Positions 1 to 10,783 of a DNA stretch of 64,000 bases are shown in pieces; the stretch's first letter is position 1; each line of letters begins with the position of its first letter. Source of the DNA: a virus. Under the pieces are notes generated by a model. That model ran no database searches and was not told the DNA's origin. It saw only the letters and a program-made list of their open reading frames with translations. Location of the stretch: IMG/VR virus record IMGVR_UViG_3300017778_004456, positions 11,996-75,995 of that record. One strand, 5' to 3'. Made by a program: the position numbers and the translations under genes.

Positions 1-1
1 G

Positions 2-3000
2 ACAGGATCGATAAGCTCGACCGCATTCGGAGGCGGCACCGCGAAATTCACTTGGGGCGTCGCTGTACCCTCCACCTTCACTAACAGCTTCTGGGAAGAT
101 CCGTACTTCCGCGACTTCGAGATCGAGATGCGCACGACTGGTAACGTGCTGATCGCGACGTATTATACTCGCAGCCCGTTCTTCGAGTTCACTTCAGAAC
201 GTAATGCTGAGACGAACGCCGGAGTACCTCGTCGCGCCTTCAAGATGCGTGTCCGTATCCGGGACACCTTTGCCTCAGAAGTCGTAGGCGACTACGTCGA
301 ATTGTCAGTCTCTAACCCCGCACCTGCGACTCCGACCGGAGTTGTTGTTACGCCGGTGACTGGTGGATTGCGTGTGGTCATGGACCCGCCAGCCGATCTT
401 GACTGGAAGGGTACTCTTGTCTGGACATCTCAGACCGCGGGAATCACCCTTCCCGGTACTCCGAAGGACCTAGGCAAGACTACAGTCTTCAACCTCACTG
501 GTACGGTTGGTTCTCCTCTTTACTACAGATTCGCGTTCTACGACGAGTTCGGAAAAGATACTCTGAACGCTACCGCTGAAGCCAGCACGACTATCCCACT
601 CGTCACTACTACCGATCTCGGTCCCGAGTCTGTCACGGCTTCTAAGATACAGGCTCGCGACACAAGCAATATGATCCCGGACAGCGGTCTAAGGGATGCA
701 GGAGCTTGGTCGGATGCCGGTACCGCAGCTATCTGGGAACTCGCGGACGGAGCGACATACAGTCTTCCGACAGCTCGGTGTATCACCAGTGCTGACAACG
801 CCACGGGAGTGGGTGCAGATGTCATTCGCGGTCAGTGGAGCATTCTACCGGCGTACTATCCCGAATGCAAGGCTGTGGAAGTTATCGCATTCAGCGTGAC
901 GAGTGTCTCGAGTGCAGACTTTGTCGGCGATCATCGTGTCTATGTTCAGTTCTTTGATCGGACCAAGACTTTCATAAGTGAGACTCTGGTTGGATCCGGG
1001 TTCCGAACCACCCCTTGGACTACTCCGGCGACAGACACTCTTCTTGTCACCGCTCCGGCAAACACAGCTTTCGTTTCGTTCCGTCTTCGTCGCGCATCTA
1101 CTGCCGGAGGCACTTCTACGGGACGTGTGACTGTTTACAATATGGCGATGCGGAAAGCTTCTACCGTAGATACCATCGCAGCCGCTGCAATCGAAGCTTC
1201 TAAGATCGCTCCACTAGCAGTGGACACTGGAGCTCTAGCTAACGGCGCTGTCTCAACCCTCAAGCTCGGATCTCTAGCCGTAGACACTGGCAATCTCGCT
1301 GCTGGAGCTGTCACTAACGCCAAGCTCGGATCTCTAGCCGTAGACACTGGCAATCTTATTGACTCAGCAGTCTCCGGACTTAAGATTGCCTCGAACACTA
1401 TCACGGCTGCGAACATCGCCGCGAACACGATCACGGCTTCACGCCTGATATTGACCGACACTAGTAACATGGTGAAGGACGCAGAATTCAACGAAGTCTT
1501 CGGTGGCACTCTTCCTTGGAGAATTGCAAGCGGCAACGTCACGCGCGTTACTGCGGGTGACGCTCTGGTTACGGCGTTGAGTCAGGCTATCGTTAGCAAG
1601 GTGACAGGAAACGGAACCGGCACCGCGAACCGATATGACTATATCGACGGAGGAACAGTTTCTGGACGAGTTCCGATTGAACCGCTCAAGCCTTTCTACG
1701 CTAGCGTAGACATCGCTGTGACGGCAGGATTCAATGGTCTTGTCTATGCCGACATCGCTTGGGTAAACTCGGCTAATGCTGACTTCGCCTACACGACGAT
1801 CGGTACTCCGCCGAACTATCTCTCCACACCGGCAGGTTCGACAATCGTTACGACAGTCTCAGGACGTGTCACTGCTCCCGCAGGTGCTGTCAAGATGCAC
1901 ATGCGACTTATCGTAGATTGGAATACTGACTTCGCGACGCGGAACAAGGCTGGCACCGCAGGGTTCGCTCGACCAATCGTTCGACGAGCAGTCAACGCTG
2001 AACTGATTGTTGACGGAGCAATCACAGCAGCAAAGATTCAAGCCGCCACCATCACCGGCGACAGGATCGCAGCGCGCACCATCACAGCAGACACGCTCGT
2101 GCTGATGGGCGGCAGCTTGCACACGGACAACAACTTCCGCGCTCCTGCCACTTATGCCTCGGGTCAATTCAACGGCTCGACTTTTGACTGGTTCCTCCCT
2201 GGTACTTTGACGGGAACTAGCAACCACGGCTGGTATGTCGAAGAGAACAACCAGAACGGTGCGGATCGCTACATGGCTCTGTTTAGCGGCAGAGCAGGAC
2301 AAGATAACACTAAGCGTTTCTACATCTATTCACATTATCCCACCGGGATGACTATTCGTGACCTGATGCCCTGCACGGCTGGTCGCCTCTACGAACTCGC
2401 GGTCAGCGCATTCAACAACTCGAACCAGAACATTCAGATCGACGTTGACTGGTATGATCGCACCAACACCTACGTCAGCTCGTCTGTATCAATTACAGTT
2501 CCGGCCTCGGGAACAAGTGTCTTCACTAACTTGCGGGCGCAGATTCTTGCGCCAACTAACGCGGTCGGCTTCCGTTGGTACGCTCGCAACGTAGGCGGCT
2601 CCACTCTCTCTGGCGCGGCATGTATCTCTAACGTCACGGTGCGTGAGGCGGCTTCTGGCACTATGATCGTTGATGGTACGATAACGGCTTCGAAGATTTT
2701 CGCCAACACGATCACTGGCGACAAGATCGCTGCCAACACGATCAGCGCTTCGAAACTCGTTGTTGCAGATACTACGAACTTGTTTCCCGACGCCCCGCTC
2801 TCGGAGCTGGCAGCCTACAGTGGCATCCCTACGGGCGTAACTCTGTCTACCACTACTGTGATGCGCTCTCCCGGAGCGTGGCTTTACAACGACGCTACGG
2901 CCTCGGCAGCAGGCTCCAACTATACAGGAGGTCTGACCGGTCAACGCTTCGTAGTTGATTCGAGTCGCTCATACTTTGCAGAACTTCAGCACTACGCGGC

Positions 3001-4687
3001 AGGCGCAGGAACCTCTGGATTCTGGTCGCGAATCCAATGGTACGATTACGCTGGAGCAGCATTGTCCGGCGGCGAGGGCGCTGAATACAGTACGGTGGCG
3101 AGTCCCGCACTTACGGCAACCGGCATCACCAACTACAGCAACCCAATCACGCCGCCCGCAGGTGCTCGCTTCGGTGCCTTGATTCACTACTTTCAACGGA
3201 CGGTTTCCACGCGGGACTTCTACATAGGTGCGTTTTCTCTTCGCCTGCGGAGCAACGGTCAACTGATCGTTGACGGAACGATCTCTGCTGACAAGATCGT
3301 ATCTAACTCTATCACTGCACTTCAGATCGCCGGTGGCAGCATCACGGCCAGCAAGTTGGTTATCGCAGACAACTCCAACCTGCTTCGCGACCCGGATCTT
3401 CTAGACGTCAATGATTGGACGGTCAGTGCAGGCTTTGTGTTCGGTACGACCGAAGCACCTGAAGTCACGACCGAGCTAATCGTACCTCGCGCTATCCGGA
3501 GTCCTACGGGTAACGGTACGACCTCACAGGCTACGACCTACACCTACTCTTCCGCATTCCCCGTTCTACCGTCCGCGTACTACCGGATCGCTGCTAAGGT
3601 CAACAATCGCGCCACCTTCACCGGTCGAGCTATTCTCATCCTACAGTGGTACGATCGTGCTGGCGCGTACATCACTAACTCGGTTCTCTACGGTAACGAT
3701 TATCGTACTACGGCAGTCGGCGGTACAAGTGTCATTCAGACTCTTGCTTCCCAGTTTCAGGCTCCGAGTAACGCCTACTACGGAGCCGCTATCGTCGGGG
3801 TTGAGTGGTCGACAATAGTAGCTAACAATACTTCAGGTCGCTGCTATTTTGGAGCACTCCGAGTTCAGCGTGCTGCCGACTCTGATCTCATCGTCGATGG
3901 TTCAATCACTGCTCTGAAGTTGAGAGCTGGTGAAATCACAGCTGATCGTCTAGTCGCCAACGCGGGCATGTTCGTCGGCTCGGGCACTAACCTATGGTCC
4001 GTCGCCCTAGAGCCTAAGAATTACCTTCGCTCGGACGGCGACACGGTCTCCTTTGGGCTTGACTTCGGCGCGCCCGCAGATGTTTCCTGGGATCTATCAT
4101 CTCTACCTAGCTTGGCCGTAGGCGAACGCTACGATGCTAAGGTTACAAGCTCTACAGGGACGGGCTTCACCTGTTACCTTAAGAAGATCACCTCAGGTGG
4201 ATACACAACGTATACGCAAACTACGGACAGCGCCGGGGCGGGCGGCGACCCAACGCGCATCGCCAATGCGGCGAACGCTGCGGACAGTGCCTCAGGAAAC
4301 TACACGTTCAGAGTGATTGGGGACTGCTACCTGTCGGAATACACCTACTATATATCGAAAGGTGTATATGGAACGTACTATCAAGGTGCGGTGTCTATTG
4401 AGTGTTATTTCTACACGGGAAGCGCGTGGGTACTCGCTAACACGTTCTACGTTGAGGTCAACGGCACGGGCGTCGGCTTGGAGCCCTTCGATGTCGAACT
4501 GACGGTAAACTATACCGGAGCTGTCGCGGACAGCGGCAAGGCGTATGGTGTGTCTCTTACCGATACTTCTAACGGTCAAAGCGTCGACGATCTGCACACA
4601 GTGTCCTACTCGGCAGAAGCGCAGTCCTCAGTGACCTCAGTAACGACGGACGTGAGATGGACAGTAACACCCAAGAGCGCCGCCTAG
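2..4687 (+). CDS. Tail tip / host-specificity protein (gpJ-like C-terminal part) with repeated fibre and carbohydrate-binding-like modules; 5' truncated
   Basis: Frame is open from position 2, so the start lies upstream of the window. FN3-like segment (SNPAPATPTGVVVTP), about five modules introduced by LIVDGxITAxKI...ASKLVxADxxN, Thr/Ser/Gly/aromatic-rich; sits next to a gpK-like gene. Confidence 0.8.
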   Translation, partial: TGSISSTAFGGGTAKFTWGVAVPSTFTNSFWEDPYFRDFEIEMRTTGNVLIATYYTRSPFFEFTSERNAETNAGVPRRAFKMRVRIRDTFASEVVGDYVELSVSNPAPATPTGVVVTPVTGGLRVVMDPPADLDWKGTLVWTSQTAGITLPGTPKDLGKTTVFNLTGTVGSPLYYRFAFYDEFGKDTLNATAEASTTIPLVTTTDLGPESVTASKIQARDTSNMIPDSGLRDAGAWSDAGTAAIWELADGATYSLPTARCITSADNATGVGADVIRGQWSILPAYYPECKAVEVIAFSVTSVSSADFVGDHRVYVQFFDRTKTFISETLVGSGFRTTPWTTPATDTLLVTAPANTAFVSFRLRRASTAGGTSTGRVTVYNMAMRKASTVDTIAAAAIEASKIAPLAVDTGALANGAVSTLKLGSLAVDTGNLAAGAVTNAKLGSLAVDTGNLIDSAVSGLKIASNTITAANIAANTITASRLILTDTSNMVKDAEFNEVFGGTLPWRIASGNVTRVTAGDALVTALSQAIVSKVTGNGTGTANRYDYIDGGTVSGRVPIEPLKPFYASVDIAVTAGFNGLVYADIAWVNSANADFAYTTIGTPPNYLSTPAGSTIVTTVSGRVTAPAGAVKMHMRLIVDWNTDFATRNKAGTAGFARPIVRRAVNAELIVDGAITAAKIQAATITGDRIAARTITADTLVLMGGSLHTDNNFRAPATYASGQFNGSTFDWFLPGTLTGTSNHGWYVEENNQNGADRYMALFSGRAGQDNTKRFYIYSHYPTGMTIRDLMPCTAGRLYELAVSAFNNSNQNIQIDVDWYDRTNTYVSSSVSITVPASGTSVFTNLRAQILAPTNAVGFRWYARNVGGSTLSGAACISNVTVREAASGTMIVDGTITASKIFANTITGDKIAANTISASKLVVADTTNLFPDAPLSELAAYSGIPTGVTLSTTTVMRSPGAWLYNDATASAAGSNYTGGLTGQRFVVDSSRSYFAELQHYAAGAGTSGFWSRIQWYDYAGAALSGGEGAEYSTVASPALTATGITNYSNPITPPAGARFGALIHYFQRTVSTRDFYIGAFSLRLRSNGQLIVDGTISADKIVSNSITALQIAGGSITASKLVIADNSNLLRDPDLLDVNDWTVSAGFVFGTTEAPEVTTELIVPRAIRSPTGNGTTSQATTYTYSSAFPVLPSAYYRIAAKVNNRATFTGRAILILQWYDRAGAYITNSVLYGNDYRTTAVGGTSVIQTLASQFQAPSNAYYGAAIVGVEWSTIVANNTSGRCYFGALRVQRAADSDLIVDGSITALKLRAGEITADRLVANAGMFVGSGTNLWSVALEPKNYLRSDGDTVSFGLDFGAPADVSWDLSSLPSLAVGERYDAKVTSSTGTGFTCYLKKITSGGYTTYTQTTDSAGAGGDPTRIANAANAADSASGNYTFRVIGDCYLSEYTYYISKGVYGTYYQGAVSIECYFYTGSAWVLANTFYVEVNGTGVGLEPFDVELTVNYTGAVADSGKAYGVSLTDTSNGQSVDDLHTVSYSAEAQSSVTSVTTDVRWTVTPKSAA
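1261..1356 (+). repeat. Identical 36-bp block repeated at 60-bp spacing, part of a 20-aa repeat (AVDTGNLAAGAVxxxKLGSL) in the tail protein
   Basis: caagctcggatctctagccgtagacactggcaatct occurs at 1261 and 1321. Confidence 0.9.
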
Positions 4688-5286
4688 CGGAATTGAAGAG
4701 TGCTGCAATGACCGCCTATCCTGAGACGGTTACGCACGAGTATGGAGACGCCCTGTTCAGCAGCTATCCGGGTGGTAGACCCTATCCGACTGCCGATCAC
4801 ATGCGGACACAATTGTCGGTAGGCAAGCCGATGTTCTTGCTACCCTGCGGACCGTACTTCACAGGAGAATTCTTTGGGTTCGGAGATCAGTTGCCGATGG
4901 ACCCGTTAGTTTCAAGAGGGTTTCGCCACGGGGTGAGCGACTGCTGGGCACTCTATCGAGATTGGTGGAGAGACCGGGGCAGAGTGATGAAAGTATATCC
5001 GCGTGATTGGGGATGGTGGCGATCAGGCTATCGTATGATCGAGGAGTACGCGATTCACGACTTCGACTGCTTAGACACACAAGCGCCGAGAGAAGGGGAC
5101 CTCGTGATGTGGGCGTTTGGTGCCGAACCTCACATACAGCACACGAGCGTTTATCTATCAGAAGGCATGACATTGCATCACACGTCTAGGCGCGGCAGGC
5201 CTCTCGACTTGCTTAGTCTGAGCGAAGTAGTTCCGCTAGACAAGATGCCCGGCCGAGTACATAGCATTTGGAGACCTAAGGAATGA
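4657..5286 (+). CDS. NlpC/P60 tail assembly protein (lambda gpK-like)
   Basis: HGVSDCWALYRDWW catalytic Cys motif, a later HTSVYL...LHH His motif, and an N-terminal JAB-like remnant. Confidence 0.8.
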   Translation: MDSNTQERRLAELKSAAMTAYPETVTHEYGDALFSSYPGGRPYPTADHMRTQLSVGKPMFLLPCGPYFTGEFFGFGDQLPMDPLVSRGFRHGVSDCWALYRDWWRDRGRVMKVYPRDWGWWRSGYRMIEEYAIHDFDCLDTQAPREGDLVMWAFGAEPHIQHTSVYLSEGMTLHHTSRRGRPLDLLSLSEVVPLDKMPGRVHSIWRPKE

Positions 5287-5681
5287 GCACGCCTACTAAA
5301 CTCAAGTCGTTCGGCGGCAAGGCAATGAGGGGCCTCTGCCCCATCTGCATGCGTGAACGACCCCCTATTGTCATCCTCCCGACCGGGTGTGACCTCTGCT
5401 TGGCGGAACGACAGCGCGCTGCAGATAAGGCCGCGTTCGAAGCCAAGAAACCTACCCTCGTTGAGGGAATCATGATCAGGGGTCCCTCCGATCAGGAGAT
5501 TGAGAACATCCGAGACAACCTTCTGGACCGCACGAACTGGACTCAACTCGCAGATCGTCGAGCAAAGATGGGAAATTCTAAGGCGAAACAGTGGGACGAT
5601 TACAGGCAGGCAGTTGATCAAGAAGCTCGGGATGCTAGAGACCAGAAACGTCCTCCAAGTTGGCCTCCTCTACCTACTTGA
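5283..5681 (+). CDS. Putative tail fibre assembly chaperone
   Basis: C-terminal RDNLLDRTNWTQLAD...WDDYRQA...WPPLP pattern typical of fibre assembly proteins; N-terminal CxxC pairs. Confidence 0.6.
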   Translation: MSTPTKLKSFGGKAMRGLCPICMRERPPIVILPTGCDLCLAERQRAADKAAFEAKKPTLVEGIMIRGPSDQEIENIRDNLLDRTNWTQLADRRAKMGNSKAKQWDDYRQAVDQEARDARDQKRPPSWPPLPT

Positions 5682-5754
5682 CGGAGCACTCCAGCATATC
5701 GCTGGAACAGTTCCTGTGCTACTCTGCAAATTAACATCCTGCGGAAGGTCTCTC

Positions 5755-6045
5755 ATGCAAGTCGTCCTTAGTGCAGTCATTATCAGTGATAGTTCTCAGA
5801 ACTATGGGCCGGATGAGCAATACTACAAACTCGGTGGCGGCGCTTGTCGGCCTCCGGGCGTACAGCCTGAAGAATCCTTCAATGTCCGAAGCCTAGTCTT
5901 CCGTCCAGGCGAGATCTCTGGCGACATGGGTGCCCAGATGTGGCTCATCCCAGGAGGTCTGGCGCTGCTCGGGCCGAGTGGTGAATCTGCCTCTCTCGCC
6001 GGAAGACAGATCACGATCACAATCTCCGATGTCCAGCCTGAATAG
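5755..6045 (+). CDS. Hypothetical protein
   Basis: ATG at 5755 after GGAAGG; fills the gap in a co-oriented cluster. Confidence 0.55.
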   Translation: MQVVLSAVIISDSSQNYGPDEQYYKLGGGACRPPGVQPEESFNVRSLVFRPGEISGDMGAQMWLIPGGLALLGPSGESASLAGRQITITISDVQPE

Positions 6046-6053
6046 GGTAGCAA

Positions 6054-6395
6054 GTGAGTCTTCCAGTAGATCAAAACTATAGCGGCGAAATGGTCAACGC
6101 CTACGTTGACAAATTTCTCAAGTTCGAGAAGTCCGTCAACTCGAAGCTCGCTCTGAAACTTGCTCAAGCTGAGCAGAGAGCTTCAGAGGAAGAGACTCAA
6201 CGGGAAATCTTGTCGACTGCCTATCAGGAGAAGGAGCGAGATCTTCTCACTGTGTCGCAGTCCTACGTGGCTCTTCAGTCCGAACTCGAATCGGCCAAGA
6301 CGCGAATCTCCGAACTGGAAAAACAGGTGCTTCTTTCCGGCTCGGTTGATCAATCCCAACCCAACGAAAAGCCTCCGACAGCTCTTGCTGTCTAA
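6054..6395 (+). CDS. Coiled-coil hypothetical protein
   Basis: Heptad-rich E/K/L/Q sequence; co-oriented with neighbours. Confidence 0.6.
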   Translation: MSLPVDQNYSGEMVNAYVDKFLKFEKSVNSKLALKLAQAEQRASEEETQREILSTAYQEKERDLLTVSQSYVALQSELESAKTRISELEKQVLLSGSVDQSQPNEKPPTALAV

Positions 6396-6410
6396 CCCTG
6401 GAGCCATCCG

Positions 6411-7025
6411 ATGAAGTGGAAAGACCTCGGGAAGATCATTGTTGAACATGCTCCCATCATTGGTGTCGCCCTTGGTGGACCGGCTGGCGGAAGTGTCGGC
6501 CAGATTATCTCCTCCGTCCTAGGCGTCGAGGAGAAACCCGAGGCGATCCTCTCCAAGCTCAAGGAAGATCCCATCAACTACGTGAAGGTCCTGGAGATCC
6601 AGAAGACTCACGAGCTCGAGATCCTGAGGGCAACCAACGCGGCTCACGCTGCGGATCAGTCGATCTTCGCTGACATCTACAAAGCCGAGCTGAAGTCTGA
6701 GTCCTGGATGGCTCGCAACTGGCGTCCGATGTTCGGAATGTCGGTGGCGATTTCGTTCTCGATTCAGATGCTCGGCGTTACCGCCGTCATGCTTCTTTCG
6801 CCCAAGGATGCGAATGATGTCATCAACGGAATGATTACGCTGATCCCGATCTGGGGTGTGGCGCTCTCCGTTCTGGGCATCAACATCGATCGCCGGTCCG
6901 AAGACAAGAGGGTCGAGGCTTCGGTCAAGCAGGGACAGAATGTTCCCTCTCGTCAGCCGAGGGGCCTCGCCGCCATTCTCTCTGGAGTTCTCTCCAAGGG
7001 CAAGCAGGATGACTCAACGACATAG
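6411..7025 (+). CDS. Holin (GTA 3TM-holin-like)
   Basis: APIIGVALGGPAGG N-terminus, SWMARNWRPMFG motif, hydrophobic helices, then RSEDKR; GGAG RBS. Confidence 0.7.
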   Translation: MKWKDLGKIIVEHAPIIGVALGGPAGGSVGQIISSVLGVEEKPEAILSKLKEDPINYVKVLEIQKTHELEILRATNAAHAADQSIFADIYKAELKSESWMARNWRPMFGMSVAISFSIQMLGVTAVMLLSPKDANDVINGMITLIPIWGVALSVLGINIDRRSEDKRVEASVKQGQNVPSRQPRGLAAILSGVLSKGKQDDSTT

Positions 7026-7485
7026 GCGGGACGAGGCAGACTTCTCGAAGAACCTTCGAGAGTATCTCACGATCGCCGGACATGACGCAGTACAGACAGA
7101 GACTTCCCGGGCGGATGGTCTCTGCGATATCAACAACACCGCCCCGAACGGACGAATGTCCTGGATTGAGTTGAAGCAGTACAACCCAGACGTTCCCAAC
7201 TTAGATCACGTCAGCTTCAAGATCCAGCCTGATCAGGCTGTCTTTCTCTGCAAGCGAGCTCAGAGAAATCCCAAGGCTAACGCCTTCGTCCTTGGAAGAG
7301 TCTGGGCGGACTCCTACTTCATCTTCCCAGCCTATCCGGATATTCAGTGGATCAGCTGGGTCCGGAAGCGCATCGATCTAGGTGTGCAGCATCCCTTCAA
7401 GTTCGCGCGTCTCAATCGATATGAGGACATTGCGGATTGCCTTGCGGATGACATGCGGAAGCGGTTTAATATCCCGCACGCCTGA
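7009..7485 (+). CDS. PD-(D/E)xK nuclease (VRR-NUC / Holliday junction resolvase-like)
   Basis: E...GLCD...WIELK...Q motif order; directly upstream of the SNF2 helicase. Confidence 0.65.
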   Translation: MTQRHRRDEADFSKNLREYLTIAGHDAVQTETSRADGLCDINNTAPNGRMSWIELKQYNPDVPNLDHVSFKIQPDQAVFLCKRAQRNPKANAFVLGRVWADSYFIFPAYPDIQWISWVRKRIDLGVQHPFKFARLNRYEDIADCLADDMRKRFNIPHA

Positions 7486-7495
7486 AAGGAATTCC

Positions 7496-9184
7496 ATGTC
7501 TCTGTTCAAGCTAGAACGTCAGGGCGCAAACGCCTTCCGGGTGATTGCCGAGAAGACGAGTCCGAGACTTTTTGACACAATCAATCAGTTCCCCGGTCGT
7601 AAGCAGCGGAGCCCCGCTGGGCCGCTGTACGAACTAACGATTGCCAACTTACGCCACTTCACTGAGCGCCATCCCGACCTGCTCATGTGCAGCGCCCTGC
7701 ACGCTTGGTATGAGGAAGCGCATGGCGTTAAAATGGTCACACGGTTGGACGTAACTCCAGACACGTTCCGCTACCGGATGCCGCCCATGATTCACCAGAA
7801 GACGGCGATGGACCGCTTCTGGAAGTCAGGGACCTCATACTGGGGACTCTTCTTCGAGATGGGAACCGGCAAGACAAAGACTACGATTGACCTTGCTGGA
7901 ATCAAGTTCCTGACGGGACAGATCGACACGATGCTTGTCATCGCGCCGAAGGGCGTCCATACTCAGTGGTCGGTCAAGCAAATCCCGGAGCACATGAGCC
8001 CCGATGTCAACTTCTTCCAGTACCTCTGGAGACGTTCGGGCTCCAAGTCTGAGGTTGAGCTTCGGGAAGATATCATCAAGAAGGACGAGGACGCACTTCG
8101 CATCGTCTGTATGAACATCGACGCTTTGAACAGTAGCGCCGGATTTGACTTCGCCATGCGCTTCGTGAAGTCTGGTCGCTGCATGATGGTGGTCGACGAA
8201 TCCATTACGATCAAGAACTATCGCGCTCAGCGTACGAAGAATACTGTGGAACTCGGAGCCGAGTGTGTCGCTCGCACTATACTCAATGGCGCGCCGATCT
8301 CTAACGGTCCCCAGGACATATTCGGTCAGATGCTCTTCCTGTCGGCCAGCATCCTTGGAAGAAGCTTCATTCAGTTCCAGCATCAGTTCCTGGTGATGGG
8401 CGGCTTCCAAGGGCGTCAGGTTGTGGGTCACAAGAACCTCGAGCATCTGCAGCAGATCATTGACAAGCATTGCTTCCGCGTATTGTCGTCAGACTGTATC
8501 GATCTTCCCGAGCAGAACTTCATGGATCGATTCGTCGAGATGACCGACGAACAGGATGAGTGGTATCGCAAGGTCAAGGAAGATATTCTTGTCGAGATGA
8601 GTAATGGAGACGTCCTGGATACCTCCCAGGTGACCACGAGGTTCATCAAGCTTCAGCAGGTTTGCTGGGGATACATTAGGGATGCTGAGGGTGTCCCAAC
8701 GCGCATCGCGAACAACCGCGTGGACGCTGTGATAGACATTCTGGACGAGACCCGTGTCGAAGGGAACCGACGCACACCGACACTCGTCTTTTGTCGATTC
8801 CGTGAGGAGATCGCTATGATCGCGGAGCGGCTGCGGGATGAGAAGATATCCTTCAGGGAGTTTCACGGTGGCGTCTCCGGTACAGAGCGAGATCAAGCCT
8901 GTACGGACTTCCAGAACGGTGAGTTCGACGTCTTCATCATCAACTCGGCGGGCTACCGAGGTCTCGATCTCTGGCGCGCACGTCAGGTGATCTGGTATTC
9001 ACTGACATTCTCGTTGGATGAATACTCTCAGGCAAATAAGAGGCCTCACAGGGTTGGCCAGACTTACCCGGTCCGCTATATTCACCTTATCTCACCGGGC
9101 ACCCTGGACGTTCGTCTTGTCAAGGCTCTGCACCGGAAGGCAACCGTAGCTGAGATGCTACTTGACATCAGGGAGTCACTATGA
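7496..9184 (+). CDS. SNF2-family DNA helicase
   Basis: EMGTGKT (motif I), VVDES (II), LNGAP (III), GLDL and QANKRPHRVGQ (VI); AAAGGA RBS before ATG 7496. Confidence 0.9.
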   Translation: MSLFKLERQGANAFRVIAEKTSPRLFDTINQFPGRKQRSPAGPLYELTIANLRHFTERHPDLLMCSALHAWYEEAHGVKMVTRLDVTPDTFRYRMPPMIHQKTAMDRFWKSGTSYWGLFFEMGTGKTKTTIDLAGIKFLTGQIDTMLVIAPKGVHTQWSVKQIPEHMSPDVNFFQYLWRRSGSKSEVELREDIIKKDEDALRIVCMNIDALNSSAGFDFAMRFVKSGRCMMVVDESITIKNYRAQRTKNTVELGAECVARTILNGAPISNGPQDIFGQMLFLSASILGRSFIQFQHQFLVMGGFQGRQVVGHKNLEHLQQIIDKHCFRVLSSDCIDLPEQNFMDRFVEMTDEQDEWYRKVKEDILVEMSNGDVLDTSQVTTRFIKLQQVCWGYIRDAEGVPTRIANNRVDAVIDILDETRVEGNRRTPTLVFCRFREEIAMIAERLRDEKISFREFHGGVSGTERDQACTDFQNGEFDVFIINSAGYRGLDLWRARQVIWYSLTFSLDEYSQANKRPHRVGQTYPVRYIHLISPGTLDVRLVKALHRKATVAEMLLDIRESL

Positions 9185-9789
9185 CGGAAGATACCTTTGG
9201 TGAACAGATCATGTTCACTGACGATGACATCCAGAAGCCAGACCTTCTGGCAACTCGCGAGACGGGACTCCGCTGCGGAGAACTGATCGACGAGATGTTC
9301 AAGCTGAACTCGGAGGTGAACACTCTCGAGAAGACTGTCGAGGACAAGAAGGCCCGGATCAAGGAAATCTCAGAAGAGATGCTTCCTGGTCTGATGGCTT
9401 CGATGAACGTCGCCGAGTGGAAGTCCCTCTCGACCGGCGCGAAGGTGAAGCTGGAGGGTGTCTGCCGCGCCAGCCTGAAGAAGAAATCGCCCGACGACGT
9501 TGCTCTTCACGAGAACTTGGTCAGCTATCTGGCCGAGCAGGGTTACGACGCTATCGCCAAGCGGGAAGTCGCGGTCTACTACTCCGCAGACAAGGCTGCC
9601 GAGGCGAAGCTGCTTCACGCAGAGTTGGAGTCCCGCCAAGTTCCGGTCTCGATGGCGATCGACATCCACCACTCGACTCTGTCTGCGACCCTTCGGGAGA
9701 TCAGCAAGCAGGGCGGCGTCCTTCCGGACCCTGAGAAGACCGGTATCAATCTCTACCAAGCGACTGTCGCCAAGATCACGCTAAAGTGA
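9181..9789 (+). CDS. Replication-module hypothetical protein
   Basis: Overlaps the helicase stop; LPGLM and IHHSTLSATLRE motifs resemble proteins found in this position in YuA-like phages. Confidence 0.6.
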   Translation: MTEDTFGEQIMFTDDDIQKPDLLATRETGLRCGELIDEMFKLNSEVNTLEKTVEDKKARIKEISEEMLPGLMASMNVAEWKSLSTGAKVKLEGVCRASLKKKSPDDVALHENLVSYLAEQGYDAIAKREVAVYYSADKAAEAKLLHAELESRQVPVSMAIDIHHSTLSATLREISKQGGVLPDPEKTGINLYQATVAKITLK

Positions 9790-9861
9790 GTTGCGTGACG
9801 CCGTGCCTGCTTTATTACTAGGCGGGCCGCACTGGCAATAACGAAATCGGAGTAACGACTA

Positions 9862-10704
9862 ATGTCTGAAGATACAAAGAACGATCTGACTGTCACCAAG
9901 TTCGGCTCGCAGGACGTGGCGATCTTTAACGACGAGGACTTCGGCGCTGGCTTCCAGGAGATGGACAGCTCGCACACTATTGTCCCGATCCTGAAGATCA
10001 TCCAGGCCCTCTCGCCGCAGCTCCAGAAGTCCAAACCGCAGTACGTCAAGGAAGCCAAGTCCGGCATGTTCGTCATCTCGTCAACCAACGAGGTTCTCGA
10101 CGGCGAAGAAGTCGGCGCGACGGTGATCCCGGTCTACTTCTCGACCAAGTTCATCGAGTGGCGTCCGCGTGCGGCTGGCGGCGGCATCGCTGCTCGCTAC
10201 AAGTCTCAAGCTGAGTTCGACCGGATTCCCGGCACGATGAAGCGCGAGGACAAGGCGGGTTGGATCACCAAGGACGGCAACGAGATCATCGAGTACTATG
10301 ATTTCTTCGCCTTCCTTCTGAAGGACGGTGTGTTCTCGCCGATCCTTCTCTCCTTCAAGGGCAGCGCAATCCGGACCGCCAAGGTCTGGAACTCGCAGCT
10401 CAAAGGTCAGACCCAGAATGTCGGCGGCAAGCTCCGTCAGCTTCCCATGTTCTCCTACAGCTGGACTCTCCGCACTCAGGAGCAATCCAACTCGCAGGGA
10501 TCGTGGCACGGTCTGGTGATGTCTCGCGACAAATACATCGGCGAGATTGAGAACGGTGCTGCCATCGTTGCTGAGGCCCGTCTGCTTGTGGCGAACATCG
10601 TCGCCGGCACGGTTCGCGGCGCCGAGGAAAGCGAGGAGGACGGCGACGTTGCTGGTCCTGCTGGCGGCAAAGTCGGTGCGACTGGTAGCGACACCCTGAG
10701 CTAA
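9862..10704 (+). CDS. Putative single-stranded DNA-binding / annealing protein
   Basis: PILKIIQALSPQ, FIEWRPR and SNSQGSW motifs, acidic C-terminal tail, replication context. Confidence 0.6.
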   Translation: MSEDTKNDLTVTKFGSQDVAIFNDEDFGAGFQEMDSSHTIVPILKIIQALSPQLQKSKPQYVKEAKSGMFVISSTNEVLDGEEVGATVIPVYFSTKFIEWRPRAAGGGIAARYKSQAEFDRIPGTMKREDKAGWITKDGNEIIEYYDFFAFLLKDGVFSPILLSFKGSAIRTAKVWNSQLKGQTQNVGGKLRQLPMFSYSWTLRTQEQSNSQGSWHGLVMSRDKYIGEIENGAAIVAEARLLVANIVAGTVRGAEESEEDGDVAGPAGGKVGATGSDTLS

Positions 10705-10783
10705 GAACGATAGATAAGTTCGCCCTTGCGTGCGAGGGCGAACTTGTTACTATGTGTGCATGGTCAGCAAAAAGGAGTATCCA

